A DNA stretch of 61,132 nt. Origin: Candidatus Beckwithbacteria bacterium (GTDB taxonomy: Bacteria; Patescibacteriota; Microgenomatia; UBA1400; UBA1449). The notes beneath the pieces are model-generated. The model saw only the letters and a program-made list of their open reading frames with translations. It searched no databases and was not told the DNA's origin. This document shows positions 29,039 through 39,153 of this stretch, one piece after another; the stretch's first letter is position 1; each line of letters opens with the position of its first letter. A program made the translations under genes and the position numbers. The stretch is from contig JAAZND010000102.1 of NCBI GenBank assembly GCA_012798485.1, positions 1-61,132 of the forward strand, written 5' to 3'.

Positions 29039-30465
29039 TTTTGCACTCTTTGTAAAATATGCAATTTTATTCCACCTTTACACGTATAAATTTTAATTTC
29101 TTCTGATTTGCCAAACTGAGTGAGTTCATTAAAACTAGTTTTATTGTGTTCATAAGTAGCATTATCAGCTACCACCACCATTTTCTGCGCTTCTGTAATT
29201 TGTGTGTCCAGATCTTTAATTGTGCAACCGGACTCTTTAAATAAATATTTAAATTCCATAGCATTATGAAGAAAATCTCTTAAACCAGATTGACCAGAAA
29301 CAAACATCGGTTCTTTTTCTTGACTACAAAACATTTCCGAGCAGCTTACAATTTCTTCCGCAGTCCTAGTTGCTGGCTGAAAATAGTCTTTTAAATTTGC
29401 AGGCTGCAAAAAAACTGAAGCTAAAACAAGAGAAATAAATAAAGAGCTTCTAATTTCTAAAAACGAAATAACCAGAAAAAGCAAAGGTAAAATCCCAAAA
29501 ATATAATGGTTTTGTACGCCTATTGGAGCAATCATGGTAATGAAAAAAGTTAATAAAGTTAAAACCAAGCTATCTTGAAGGTAAATATTCCTTTCTTTAT
29601 TTTGGAACTTTTTAAAACTTAAATAAATAAACAAAATTATTAAAAGGCAAAAACAAACGAATAAAAGAGGGCTAAAATGAGGAAAAGTAAAATTTTGCAA
29701 ATTAGTTAATTTAGTGAAAAGATCTAATCCTTGTTGTTTTATCTTTTCTTGATACAAAAGCATCTTAGTCAGAAGAAATTGATGGCGAAGTTCAAAAAAT
29801 ATTGTTGGTGAATTAACTAAGATTAAATTTAAAAAAGTAAATAAATAGATTTTGAGAACTTTTTTCTTAAAGATAAAAATAGCATAAAGCATAAAGGCCA
29901 CTAAAGTCGGTACAGCCGAATAATTAAAAGAGATTGCAAAAGCCAAACTTAAAGTAAAGCAAATTAAATATAAATTGTTAAAATTTTTCTTAAGTATTTG
30001 CCAAAAATAAAATGAGACTAAAATAAATCCAGAGACAAAAGAAGGGTTCCAGACAAAACGACTTTGTGTAATCTGTTGAGGGTGAATTGTAAGTAAAAAG
30101 AAGGTGATTAAAAGCGAAGTCTGTAAAATTGGTTTTTTACGCAAAAAATAAACTCCTAACAAAAATAAAACAGTATAAAAAAAGGCATTAGCATAAAGCG
30201 TTGCAAACAAAGAATGATTGGTAAGTAAATAAAAAGGCATCAAAAAATAAAAATAAGCTGCACTTTGATTAAACGGCAAAGCACTGGTCTGTGGTCCCAA
30301 AAGCGGAGGTTTAAGACTTTTTTCCCAGTCATAAAGAACTAGAAAGTCTCTACCAATATCATTAAAAAATAACAAAGAAGTTTGAATTTTATAAAATCTT
30401 AAGAAAAAATAAAACATCACTAAAAAAATTGTTAAACCGATAATTAGATATTGATTATTTTTCAT
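29035..30465 (-). CDS. GT-C fold membrane glycosyltransferase (ArnT-like)
   Basis: FFNDIGRD, PPLLGP, SRFVWNP, many TM helices. Confidence 0.75.
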   Translation of the reverse strand: MKNNQYLIIGLTIFLVMFYFFLRFYKIQTSLLFFNDIGRDFLVLYDWEKSLKPPLLGPQTSALPFNQSAAYFYFLMPFYLLTNHSLFATLYANAFFYTVLFLLGVYFLRKKPILQTSLLITFFLLTIHPQQITQSRFVWNPSFVSGFILVSFYFWQILKKNFNNLYLICFTLSLAFAISFNYSAVPTLVAFMLYAIFIFKKKVLKIYLFTFLNLILVNSPTIFFELRHQFLLTKMLLYQEKIKQQGLDLFTKLTNLQNFTFPHFSPLLFVCFCLLIILFIYLSFKKFQNKERNIYLQDSLVLTLLTFFITMIAPIGVQNHYIFGILPLLFLVISFLEIRSSLFISLVLASVFLQPANLKDYFQPATRTAEEIVSCSEMFCSQEKEPMFVSGQSGLRDFLHNAMEFKYLFKESGCTIKDLDTQITEAQKMVVVADNATYEHNKTSFNELTQFGKSEEIKIYTCKGGIKLHILQRVQN

Positions 30466-30487
30466 TTTTATTTTGTCATTCTATGTT

Positions 30488-31747
30488 TTAATACAGAATC
30501 TTTCTTTTCCTGCCAAAATATATTCCTATCTCGACAAATAAAGTTAAGGTATTCACAATAAATAAACTATAAATTGGTCCATAAAAATTTTGTTTAGGAA
30601 TAAAAAATAAATTTAAAATAAAAAAGATGAGCACTTGCAAACCCAAAATCAGCGTCATTAACTGCGGTTTTTTATAAAAATAAACAATGGCATTATAAAA
30701 TGGCACAGTTAAAATAAGCGGTAAATAAGCCAAAACCAAAAACTGGAAAATTTTTACAGAAGCAGAAAACTCGCTTGAATAGGCAAACAAAATTAAATAT
30801 TTACCAAGCAAAAATAAACTAGCCAGAACAGCAAAAACCAAGGCAGAAATAGTCAAAGAAGATCTTAAATAATGATGGCATTCTTCTTTATTTTTAAACT
30901 GCGAAAACCTGGTTGAAAAAACTGCGATTAAGGAATTTATGCTTAATGGGAAAATAATCATAAATCTGGCGGCGGCAGAATAAAGACCAACTTGGTAGGC
31001 TGATAAAAAAGCTGGCAGCATCAAAATATCCAATTTGTAAAACAGATTCACAAAAATATTATTTGGCACAAACCATTTACTAAACTCAATTAAACTTTTC
31101 CATTTTTCGCGATTAAAATAAGGGAAAATAAAAAACTTTTTAAGTAAGACTAAAGTCAAGACAAAAACTAAACCATAACTAAAATTAACTATAATCAAGG
31201 CATTTTGGACATTAAAAACAAAAAAATAAAGCAAAACAGCGACAAAAATTAATCTTAAAATACAATACAAAATATCCACCAATGATCTCTGAAAAAACTT
31301 TTTTAAAGACTGAAAAACAGCTAAAAAATAAACAAACAAAGAAAAAGTAATAATAGAAATAAAAATTAAGAAGAAATAATGATCATTATAATGCCAAATT
31401 TTTTTAAGCAAAAACTCATAGACTAAACTAAAAAATAAGGATAAACCAATGGTAGAAATAAATACAGAATAAAAAGAAGTGGTAATAATTTTTTTCTTTT
31501 CTTCTTCTTTAACTTGAGCGACAAATTTTACCAAAGATTGATTAATACCAAGATCAACAATGGTTGAGAGAAATAAAATATAACTGGTAATAGTCGAATA
31601 AATGCCAAACTGCTCAGCGCCCACGCTTCTTGCAAGCAGAGATAAAAACACAAAGCCTAAAACTGAACCGACAGCCGAACTAGCCATCACTAGCAAGCTA
31701 TCTTTAAAACTCGAAGATAAAATAGTCTCTTTAATTAAATTTCCCAT
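30488..31747 (-). CDS. wzx: MOP-family oligosaccharide flippase (Wzx-like)
   Basis: LARSVGAEQFGIY, DLGI, LDILML, VGLYSAA, about 12 TM segments. Confidence 0.8.
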   Translation of the reverse strand: MGNLIKETILSSSFKDSLLVMASSAVGSVLGFVFLSLLARSVGAEQFGIYSTITSYILFLSTIVDLGINQSLVKFVAQVKEEEKKKIITTSFYSVFISTIGLSLFFSLVYEFLLKKIWHYNDHYFFLIFISIITFSLFVYFLAVFQSLKKFFQRSLVDILYCILRLIFVAVLLYFFVFNVQNALIIVNFSYGLVFVLTLVLLKKFFIFPYFNREKWKSLIEFSKWFVPNNIFVNLFYKLDILMLPAFLSAYQVGLYSAAARFMIIFPLSINSLIAVFSTRFSQFKNKEECHHYLRSSLTISALVFAVLASLFLLGKYLILFAYSSEFSASVKIFQFLVLAYLPLILTVPFYNAIVYFYKKPQLMTLILGLQVLIFFILNLFFIPKQNFYGPIYSLFIVNTLTLFVEIGIYFGRKRKILY

Positions 31748-31863
31748 AAGTTTTGAATTTTTCTATAATTACGATTATACTTACTAGAGAGAATAAATTA
31801 AACTATAAAAAAACAGACAATAAAACAAAATAATTTTGCATATTGTTTGTTTTTCTTTTTATT

Positions 31864-32820
31864 TTGGCAAAAATTTTAATTACTGGCGGAGCAGGACTGA
31901 TTGGATCTCATTTAACTGATTCATTACTTGCCAAAGGTCATCAAATTACTTGCGTTGATAATTTTATTACTGGCAGAAAAGATAATATCGAAAATCTTTT
32001 GGGAAACGCAAATTATAATTTAATTGAAGCCGATGTCAGTAATCCTCCAGATACTTATCTTAAAGAGAAGGATTATCAATATCTTTTTCACTTAGCTTCT
32101 CCAGCTTCTCCCAAAGGTTATTTTAATAATCCGATTCTAACTTATAAAACCAATGCTTTTGGCACTCATTATCTACTTGAATTTGCTAGAAATATCAACG
32201 CTCGACTTCTCTATTCTTCAACATCTGAAAGCTATGGTGACCCACTCGAACATCCACAAAAAGAAACTTATTGGGGCAACGTCAATCCTGTCGGTATCCG
32301 TTCTTGCTATGATGTTTCCAAACGCTTTGGAGAAATGGCTTGTATGACCAATTTTAGGCAATTTAAACAAGATGTTCGAATTGTTAGGATTTTTAACACT
32401 TATGGTCCACGCAACGATCCTTATGATGGCAGAGTTATTCCTGCTTTTATTATGCAGGCGCTTAAAAATGAACCAATTACTATTTACGGAGATGGCTCTC
32501 ATACTCGCAGTTATTGTTATGTAGCTGACTTAGTAGAAAGCCTCGAAAAAATGATGTTTGGTGAAAACCTTGCTGGAGAAATAATTAATCTTGGCAATCC
32601 TGAAGAATATAGTATTTTGGATACAGCTAATATTATAAAAAAACTGACTAATTCAAATTCAGAAATAATTTTTAAAACTATGGAAGGAGTCAGAAGCGAA
32701 GATCCTCAAAAAAGACAACCAGACATAACTAAAGCTAATACTATGCTCTCATGGTCTCCTTCGACTGATTTTGAAACCGGACTTAAAAAAACTATCGAAT
32801 ATTTCAAAAAATATATTTAA
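31864..32820 (+). CDS. uxs: UDP-glucuronate decarboxylase (UDP-xylose synthase)
   Basis: HLASPASP, STSE.YGDP, YWGNVNPVGIRSCYD, RIFNTYGP, DGRV; probable TTG start 31864. Confidence 0.88.
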   Translation: MAKILITGGAGLIGSHLTDSLLAKGHQITCVDNFITGRKDNIENLLGNANYNLIEADVSNPPDTYLKEKDYQYLFHLASPASPKGYFNNPILTYKTNAFGTHYLLEFARNINARLLYSSTSESYGDPLEHPQKETYWGNVNPVGIRSCYDVSKRFGEMACMTNFRQFKQDVRIVRIFNTYGPRNDPYDGRVIPAFIMQALKNEPITIYGDGSHTRSYCYVADLVESLEKMMFGENLAGEIINLGNPEEYSILDTANIIKKLTNSNSEIIFKTMEGVRSEDPQKRQPDITKANTMLSWSPSTDFETGLKKTIEYFKKYI

Positions 32821-32836
32821 ATAAAATTTAAAAATG

Positions 32837-32948
32837 TGTCATTTCCGCGCCTGCCTGCGACTCATATTGTGTAGCAATTTTGAGCAGGAAAGTGGGAATC
32901 TATAAAATAAACTCTGTTAATGAATTACAGATTAAATCCAAAATGACA
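32837..32948. repeat. Degenerate REP/MITE-like palindromic element with a nested insertion
   Basis: Terminal inverted repeat TGTCATTT/AAATGACA; GTCATTTCCGCG...AAAGTGGGAATCT split by a CCTGC...GCAGG segment; GC-rich against the background. Confidence 0.55.
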
Positions 32949-32950
32949 AC

Positions 32951-33925
32951 ATGACAATGCTAAAAACTCTACTTATTACTGGCTGTGCCGGTTTTATTGG
33001 CTCTAGTCTCGTTGAAAAAATTGTTGATGATTATCAAATTATTGGTGTAGATGAATTTAACGATTACTATAATCCACTCTGGAAAGAAGAGAATGTTAAA
33101 AATTTTCTAAACCATCCTCATTTCAAATTATATCGAACCGATATAAGAGATTACCAAATTTTAGAGGAAATTTTTAGGCAAAACAAAATTGACAAAATTA
33201 TCCATCTGGCTGCTCGTGCCGGCGTCAGACCATCTTTAAAAGATCCACTACTTTATGAAGAGGTTAATGTCAAAGGCACCTTAAACCTTTTGGAGTTATC
33301 CAGAAAAAACCAAATTAAACATTTCATTTTTGCTTCAAGTTCCAGTGTTTATGGAAATCAAAACAAAGTGCCTTTTTCTGAAACTGACCCAACTGATCAA
33401 CCAATTTCTCCTTATGCTGCTACTAAAAAAGCTGGAGAGTTATTCTGTCGTCTTTATAATGAAAATTATCAGATTAAAATGACTTGTCTTCGCTTTTTTA
33501 CTGTTTATGGTCCCAAAGGTAGACCTGATATGGCGCCTTATTTATTTACCAAAGCCATTTTAAACGGAGAAGAAATCCAAAAATTTGGAGATGGACAAAC
33601 TCAACGAGACTATACTTATATTGATGATATTATAGAGGGGATTAATAAAGTTATTGAAAAAGAATTCGATTTTGAAATTTTCAATCTTGGCAATAATAAT
33701 CCTGTCAGTCTTAATGATTTTATTAAAAACTTGGAAGAAATAACTGGAAAACAAATGCAGATTAAACAAATGCCAATTCCTGCTGGTGATGTTGTTAAGA
33801 CCTACGCCGATATTGCCAAAGCTAAAAAATTGCTTGGTTGGCAACCACAAACCAACTTTAAAACTGGTTTAGAAAAATTTGTAGCTTGGTACAAAAATAA
33901 TAGATTATTAAATATGTCATCCTGA
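32951..33925 (+). CDS. UDP-glucuronate 4-epimerase-like SDR
   Basis: HLAARAGVRPS, ASSSSVYG, SPYAATK, RFFTVYGP.GRPDMA. Confidence 0.88.
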   Translation: MTMLKTLLITGCAGFIGSSLVEKIVDDYQIIGVDEFNDYYNPLWKEENVKNFLNHPHFKLYRTDIRDYQILEEIFRQNKIDKIIHLAARAGVRPSLKDPLLYEEVNVKGTLNLLELSRKNQIKHFIFASSSSVYGNQNKVPFSETDPTDQPISPYAATKKAGELFCRLYNENYQIKMTCLRFFTVYGPKGRPDMAPYLFTKAILNGEEIQKFGDGQTQRDYTYIDDIIEGINKVIEKEFDFEIFNLGNNNPVSLNDFIKNLEEITGKQMQIKQMPIPAGDVVKTYADIAKAKKLLGWQPQTNFKTGLEKFVAWYKNNRLLNMSS

Positions 33926-33941
33926 ATTCATTTCAGGATCT
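33915..33941. repeat. REP-like palindrome TGTCATCCTGAATTCATTTCAGGATCT
   Basis: 8-bp stem ATCCTGAA/TTCAGGAT with a TGTC leader; supplies the stop codon of the epimerase. Confidence 0.55.
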
Positions 33942-33945
33942 TTCT

Positions 33946-34884
33946 ATGAATCCAAAATTCTGGCAAGACAAAAAAGTTTTAATTACCGGTGGAACTGGTT
34001 TTTTAGGAACTCATTTAGTAAAAAAAATTAAAAAACTTAATCCTGAGAAAATTTATACTCCTTCATCAAAAGATTTAAATTTTATTAAGCTTGCAGATTG
34101 CCAAAAGGCAGTTAAAGATATTGATATCGTTATTCATTTAGCAGCTATTGTCGGCGGCATTGGCTATAACCAAAAAATTCCAGGAAAAATGTTTTATGAC
34201 AATATTATGATGGGTACTCAACTTATGGAAGAAGCCCGAAAAGCCAAAGTTAAAAAATTTGTCTCTATTGGCACTATTTGCGCTTATCCTAAATTTACTC
34301 CTACTCCATTTAAAGAAGAAGATTTATGGAATGGCTATCCGGAAGAAACTAATGCGCCTTATGGTCTTGCCAAAAAAATGCTGCTTGTTCAAGGTCAGGC
34401 ATACAGACAACAATATGATTTTAATGCTATTTACTTACTTTTAGTTAACTTGTACGGCCCAGGTGATAATTTTAATCCAGATTCTTCTCATGTCATTCCC
34501 GCTATGATTAAAAAATTTGTTGAAGCAAAAAGGAATCGAAATAAAAATGTCACACTTTGGGGAACAGGGAAACCAACCAGAGAATTCTTGTATGTGGAAG
34601 ACGCAGCTCAAGGTATTATCTTAGCAACAGAAAAATATAATGAAGGAGAACCTGTCAATCTTGGAAGTAGCTTTGAAATATCTATTAAAAAATTAGCAGA
34701 AACAATCAAAGAAGAAGTTGGTTTTGAAGGCAAAATTATTTGGGATCACACTAAACCAGATGGTCAGCTAAGAAGAAAATTAGATGTAGCAAAAGCTAAA
34801 AAATATTTTAACTTTGAATCTAAAACTGACTTTAAAAAAGGTCTTAAAAAAACTATCGATTGGTATAAAGAAAGCTATCATTAA
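33946..34884 (+). CDS. fcl: GDP-L-fucose synthase
   Basis: HLAAIVGGI, CAYPK, PYGLAK, NLYGPGDNF, SHVIPA, WGTG.PTREFL, KPDGQ. Confidence 0.93.
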   Translation: MNPKFWQDKKVLITGGTGFLGTHLVKKIKKLNPEKIYTPSSKDLNFIKLADCQKAVKDIDIVIHLAAIVGGIGYNQKIPGKMFYDNIMMGTQLMEEARKAKVKKFVSIGTICAYPKFTPTPFKEEDLWNGYPEETNAPYGLAKKMLLVQGQAYRQQYDFNAIYLLLVNLYGPGDNFNPDSSHVIPAMIKKFVEAKRNRNKNVTLWGTGKPTREFLYVEDAAQGIILATEKYNEGEPVNLGSSFEISIKKLAETIKEEVGFEGKIIWDHTKPDGQLRRKLDVAKAKKYFNFESKTDFKKGLKKTIDWYKESYH

Positions 34885-34892
34885 TTCTAATT

Positions 34893-35599
34893 ATGAAACT
34901 ATCTATTTTTATTACAAATATAATTATTGATCTTTTCCATAAATATCAAGAAAATAAAAACAAGAAGAAAACTATTAAAGAAATTTATAGGCTTAAACAT
35001 TATCTGAAAAATAAAGATTCTCTAAAGATTCATTTTGGTTGTGGTCCAAGAATTTTAAAAGATTGGATTAATATTGATTTAAATTATATGGATCATAAAT
35101 ATTATTTTAAAAATTGTAAAGATAAATATTATCCACCAGAAATAAAAGGTAATAAAGATGATTTTTTTGCAATAAATATCACAAAAACTAAGTTTCCCTT
35201 AAAAGATAATTCTGTTGATCTTATCTTTCATGAAGATTTTATTGAACATTTAAATCAAAAGGAACAAGTTATTTTTTTAGCCGAAACTTATAGAATCTTA
35301 AAAAAGGATCTATACATAGAATCAATACGCCAGATTTAATATTTTCCATGAAACAGAATTCATATTTTAAAAAAGGATTTGACGGAGTTTATAAAGAAGA
35401 ATGGGAAAACTATAATCATAAAAATCTATTATCAAAAAAATCATTAGAAGAACTTGCGAAAATAATTGGATATTCTAAAATAATCTTTAACCAAAGAGAT
35501 CAAAGTATTTCTAAACTTATCCCATTAGAATTTCGTCCAGCTCCTGATGATTTTTCCAGAGGAGCAAACGGCAATATTTTTGCTGATTTAATTAAATAA
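34893..35599 (+). pseudogene. SAM-dependent methyltransferase, frameshifted at the A6 run 35300-35305; paralog of 38497-39153
   Basis: Adding one A gives ...LKKGSIHRINTPDLIFSMKQNS..., collinear with the paralog's LKKNHVHRINTPNLLISMKQNS. Confidence 0.88.
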
Positions 35600-35602
35600 A
35601 CT

Positions 35603-36421
35603 ATGTCTCAAACAATTACTATTATCAAACCAAAATCAAAATTAACTCTTCTAGACCTCAAAGAAATTTGGCAATTTAAAGAATTATTCTTTACCTTTGC
35701 CCATAGAGATATCAAACTTAGATATAAACAAACTATCATTGGGGGACTTTGGGCAATAATTCAACCATTAACTACGATGATAATTTTTAGTTTCTTTTTT
35801 GGGAAACTTGCCAAAATCCCTTCTGACGGAGTACCTTATCCTATTTTTTCTTATTCTGGACTTTTATTATGGACTTTTTTTGCCAATGCTATTTCCATGG
35901 CTAGTGTCAGTATGATCAATAGCGCTTCAATTATTACCAAAGTTTATTTTCCACGCCTTATTGTCCCTGTTTCTGCAACTATAGTTTTCTTTATTGATTA
36001 TTTTATTTCTTTTTTTATCTTATTATTCTTAATCTTTTTTTATAAATTCCCCCTGAGAATAGAATTACTTTTACTTCCTTTAATTTTATTTTTCACTTGG
36101 ATTTTAGCTTGTGGGATTGGTTTAATCTTATCTGCTCTTAATGTTAAATACCGCGATGTCAGATACGCCATCCCTTTTTTATTACAGATCTTAATTTATA
36201 TTACACCGGTTATTTATCCAACTTCTGTTTCTGGAAAATTTCAATGGCTCGTTAACCTTAACCCAATGACTGGATATATCGAAGCTCATCGCGCTTTAAT
36301 TCTAGGACTACCATTTAATTATGGAGAGTTATTAATTTCTATTGGATTAACAATGATTATTTTAGTTTGTGGCATTTTCTATTTCAAATCAGTAGAGAAA
36401 AAATTTGCTGACATTATTTAA
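35603..36421 (+). CDS. wzm: ABC-2 polysaccharide exporter permease (copy 2)
   Basis: RYKQT..G.LWAIIQP, KVYFPR, KYRDV, TPVIY, NPM. Confidence 0.92.
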   Translation: MSQTITIIKPKSKLTLLDLKEIWQFKELFFTFAHRDIKLRYKQTIIGGLWAIIQPLTTMIIFSFFFGKLAKIPSDGVPYPIFSYSGLLLWTFFANAISMASVSMINSASIITKVYFPRLIVPVSATIVFFIDYFISFFILLFLIFFYKFPLRIELLLLPLILFFTWILACGIGLILSALNVKYRDVRYAIPFLLQILIYITPVIYPTSVSGKFQWLVNLNPMTGYIEAHRALILGLPFNYGELLISIGLTMIILVCGIFYFKSVEKKFADII

Positions 36422-36426
36422 AAAAT

Positions 36427-37650
36427 ATGAAACCAAATACAGCCATTCAAATTACCAATTTAAGTAAAAAATATATTATCTCTCATCATAAAACTGCTTA
36501 TAATACTTTGAGAGATTCCTTTGTTTCTTTCTGGAAAAATTTATTCACTCAGAAAAAAAAAGAAGAATTCCTAGCACTCAAAAATATCAATTTGGAAATT
36601 ACCCAAGGCTCTATTCTTGGTGTGATTGGAAAAAATGGAGCTGGAAAATCAACTCTTTTAAAAATCTTATCCCGTATTGTTGAGCCCACTAATGGTGAAA
36701 TAAAAATAAGGGGAAAAGTAGCTTCACTTCTCGAAGTTGGTACCGGATTTAATCCAGAACTCACAGGAAGAGAAAATATTTATTTAAACGGTTCAATTCT
36801 TGGTATGACTCGCAAAGAAATCAATGCCAAATTTTCTGATATCGTTAAATTTAGCGAAATAGAAAAATTTCTAGACACTCCAGTCAAACGCTATTCTTCT
36901 GGTATGTACGTAAGACTAGCTTTCGCTGTAGCTGCTCATCTTGATAGCGACATTCTTTTGGTGGACGAAGTTTTAGCTGTTGGCGATATTGCTTTCCAAA
37001 AAAAATCTCTCGGCAAAATGAATAAACTAGCTAAAGATGGCAGAACTGTCATTTTTGTCAGTCACAACATGGGAGCGATTCAAGATTTATGTGATCAGTG
37101 TTTGTTTTTAGAGAATGGGGAAATAAAAGCTATAGGAAAAACTGACAAGGTTATCAAACAATATTTGAACAATAAAAAAAATATTAATTTAAATTCTTCT
37201 GATTTTAAAGGTACTTTAAAAGAATTAATAAAAATAAAGGAAATAGTTATCAATGATAATAAAAATAAAGAAGAAGTAATTCTTTCGCCAAAAGAAGAAT
37301 TAGAAATTAAAATTACTTTTAGTATATTTGAAAATTTTGATAAATTTAGACTTACTTTATCAATTTTTCAAAACAGCATAAGAATTTTAACCCTTCATGA
37401 TTGCCTTAATTTTCAAAAAGTATAAAAAAATAAAATATATCAATCAACATTTAACATTCCTAAATATTTGTTAAGACCAGGAAGTTATAGTTTAGCCCTT
37501 GGAGGGCATACAGATAATAATATTCATGAGTGGTTCTGGGGAGAAAATCTTGCTTATTTTTCTATTTTAGAGCAATGGTCAGAAGAGTATCCCAAAATCA
37601 ACTTGGGAATAATTAATATAAAGAATATTGCTAAAAGAAAAGAATCATGA
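36427..37650 (+). CDS. wzt: Polysaccharide ABC exporter ATPase with C-terminal carbohydrate-binding domain, interrupted by an in-frame TAA at 37423-37425
   Basis: GKNGAGKST, YSSGM, VDEVLAVGD; the same frame continues after the stop as KNKIYQSTFNIPKYLLRPGSYSL to 37650. Confidence 0.85.
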
Positions 37651-38504
37651 TCAAAATTATCTTCACTCAAATTATAAAAACCTTAAACAAAGTTTATATA
37701 AAATTATTTGGTATTCAATCTTTATTTAAGTTATTTGACCAGATTAGCACAAACAACAAGTTTAATCCCTTAGTTGGCTATTATAAAAATATCGGAATTC
37801 TTAATTCAGGAAATATTTATCAGACTGGAGAATCGTTTTTTATTGAAAAAATAGTTAATCGATATTTATCAAAAAATAACTTAGTTTTTTTTGATGTTGG
37901 AGCTAATATTGGTGATTATAGTTTATTCCTAAACCAGATTTACCCACAAGCTCAAATTCACGCTTTTGAACCCAATCCTAACGCTTTTAAAAAATTATCT
38001 GAAAAAACTAAAATAGTAAAAAATATTATCGCTAATAATTATGGATTAGGAGAAGAAAAAAAACAAATAAAGCTATATAGCTATAAAAAAATGAAAAATA
38101 CCCAGTTAGGAACTTGTAAAAAAGATATTCTAAACAATTTATTTGATGTTAAAGATCAAATTATAAGTCATAAAATTAATATCCAAACTCTTGATTATTA
38201 TTGTAATGAAAGAAAAATTGAGAAAATTGATTTACTTAAAATTGATGTTGAAGGTTACGAATTAGCCGTTTTAAAAGGTGCGAAAAAAATTTTACCCAAA
38301 ACCAGAATAATTCAATTTGAGTTTAATGAATATAATATTTTTTATAAAATTTTTCTTAAAGATTTCTATGATTTACTCTACCCTCAATTTCAATTATTTC
38401 GTTTAGATCTAAAAAGGCTTATCCCTCTTGGGGGATATCAGACTATCAATGAAATTTTCAAGTTTCAAAATATTATTGCTATCAATCAACCAAAATATGA
38501 TTAA
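37647..38504 (+). CDS. FkbM-family methyltransferase
   Basis: FDVGANIG, AFEP, LKIDVEGYE, IQFE. Confidence 0.92.
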   Translation: MIKIIFTQIIKTLNKVYIKLFGIQSLFKLFDQISTNNKFNPLVGYYKNIGILNSGNIYQTGESFFIEKIVNRYLSKNNLVFFDVGANIGDYSLFLNQIYPQAQIHAFEPNPNAFKKLSEKTKIVKNIIANNYGLGEEKKQIKLYSYKKMKNTQLGTCKKDILNNLFDVKDQIISHKINIQTLDYYCNERKIEKIDLLKIDVEGYELAVLKGAKKILPKTRIIQFEFNEYNIFYKIFLKDFYDLLYPQFQLFRLDLKRLIPLGGYQTINEIFKFQNIIAINQPKYD

Positions 38505-39153
38505 TTTCGAAAAAATAATTAATAAAGAAAAAAAAGCAGAGTTAATAAGACTAAAAAAATTCGTCAGCGAACAAAAAGTTGTTAAAATCCAGTTTGGTTG
38601 TGGGCCTAGAATTTTAAAAAAATGGATTAATATTGATTTACATTATTGTCATTATCAGAATTATCTAAAGTATTATACTGATAAATATTATCCTCCTGAA
38701 ATTAGAGGAGACAAAAATGATTTCTTTACTTTTGATATTACCAAAGCCAAACTGCCACTTAAAGATAATTCAGTTGATTTAATTTTTCATGAAGATTTTC
38801 TTGAACATCTCAATCAAAAACAGCAAATTATCTTTCTAGCTGAAACTTATCGCGTGTTAAAAAAAAATCATGTCCACCGAATCAACACCCCAAACTTATT
38901 AATATCTATGAAACAAAATTCACATTTTAAAAAAGGGATTGCTGGTGTTTTTCAAAATGAATGGGACAAAAATCATCACCTTAATGTTTTAACTCCAAAA
39001 ACACTCCAGGAATTGTCTGAACTAATAGGTTATTCACAAATAATCTTTCAAAAAAGAAATCTGAGTGTGTCTAAATTAATTCCTTTAGAATACAGACCTG
39101 ATCCCAAAGATAGACCAGAAAATGGCAATATTTTTGCAGATCTTATCAAATGA
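38497..39153 (+). CDS. SAM-dependent methyltransferase
   Basis: QFGCG, WINID, LPLKDNSVD, EHL, YRVLK; start 38497. Confidence 0.85.
   Translation: MINFEKIINKEKKAELIRLKKFVSEQKVVKIQFGCGPRILKKWINIDLHYCHYQNYLKYYTDKYYPPEIRGDKNDFFTFDITKAKLPLKDNSVDLIFHEDFLEHLNQKQQIIFLAETYRVLKKNHVHRINTPNLLISMKQNSHFKKGIAGVFQNEWDKNHHLNVLTPKTLQELSELIGYSQIIFQKRNLSVSKLIPLEYRPDPKDRPENGNIFADLIK

Noticed and set aside
488..37650. Genome-wide stop-codon reassignment (TAA read as sense, or code 25 TGA=Gly)
   Set aside because: Many genes end at TAA exactly at their conserved C-terminus (rfbF, wzm, GT11), and TGA serves as the stop in ATGA overlaps (9540, 39150)
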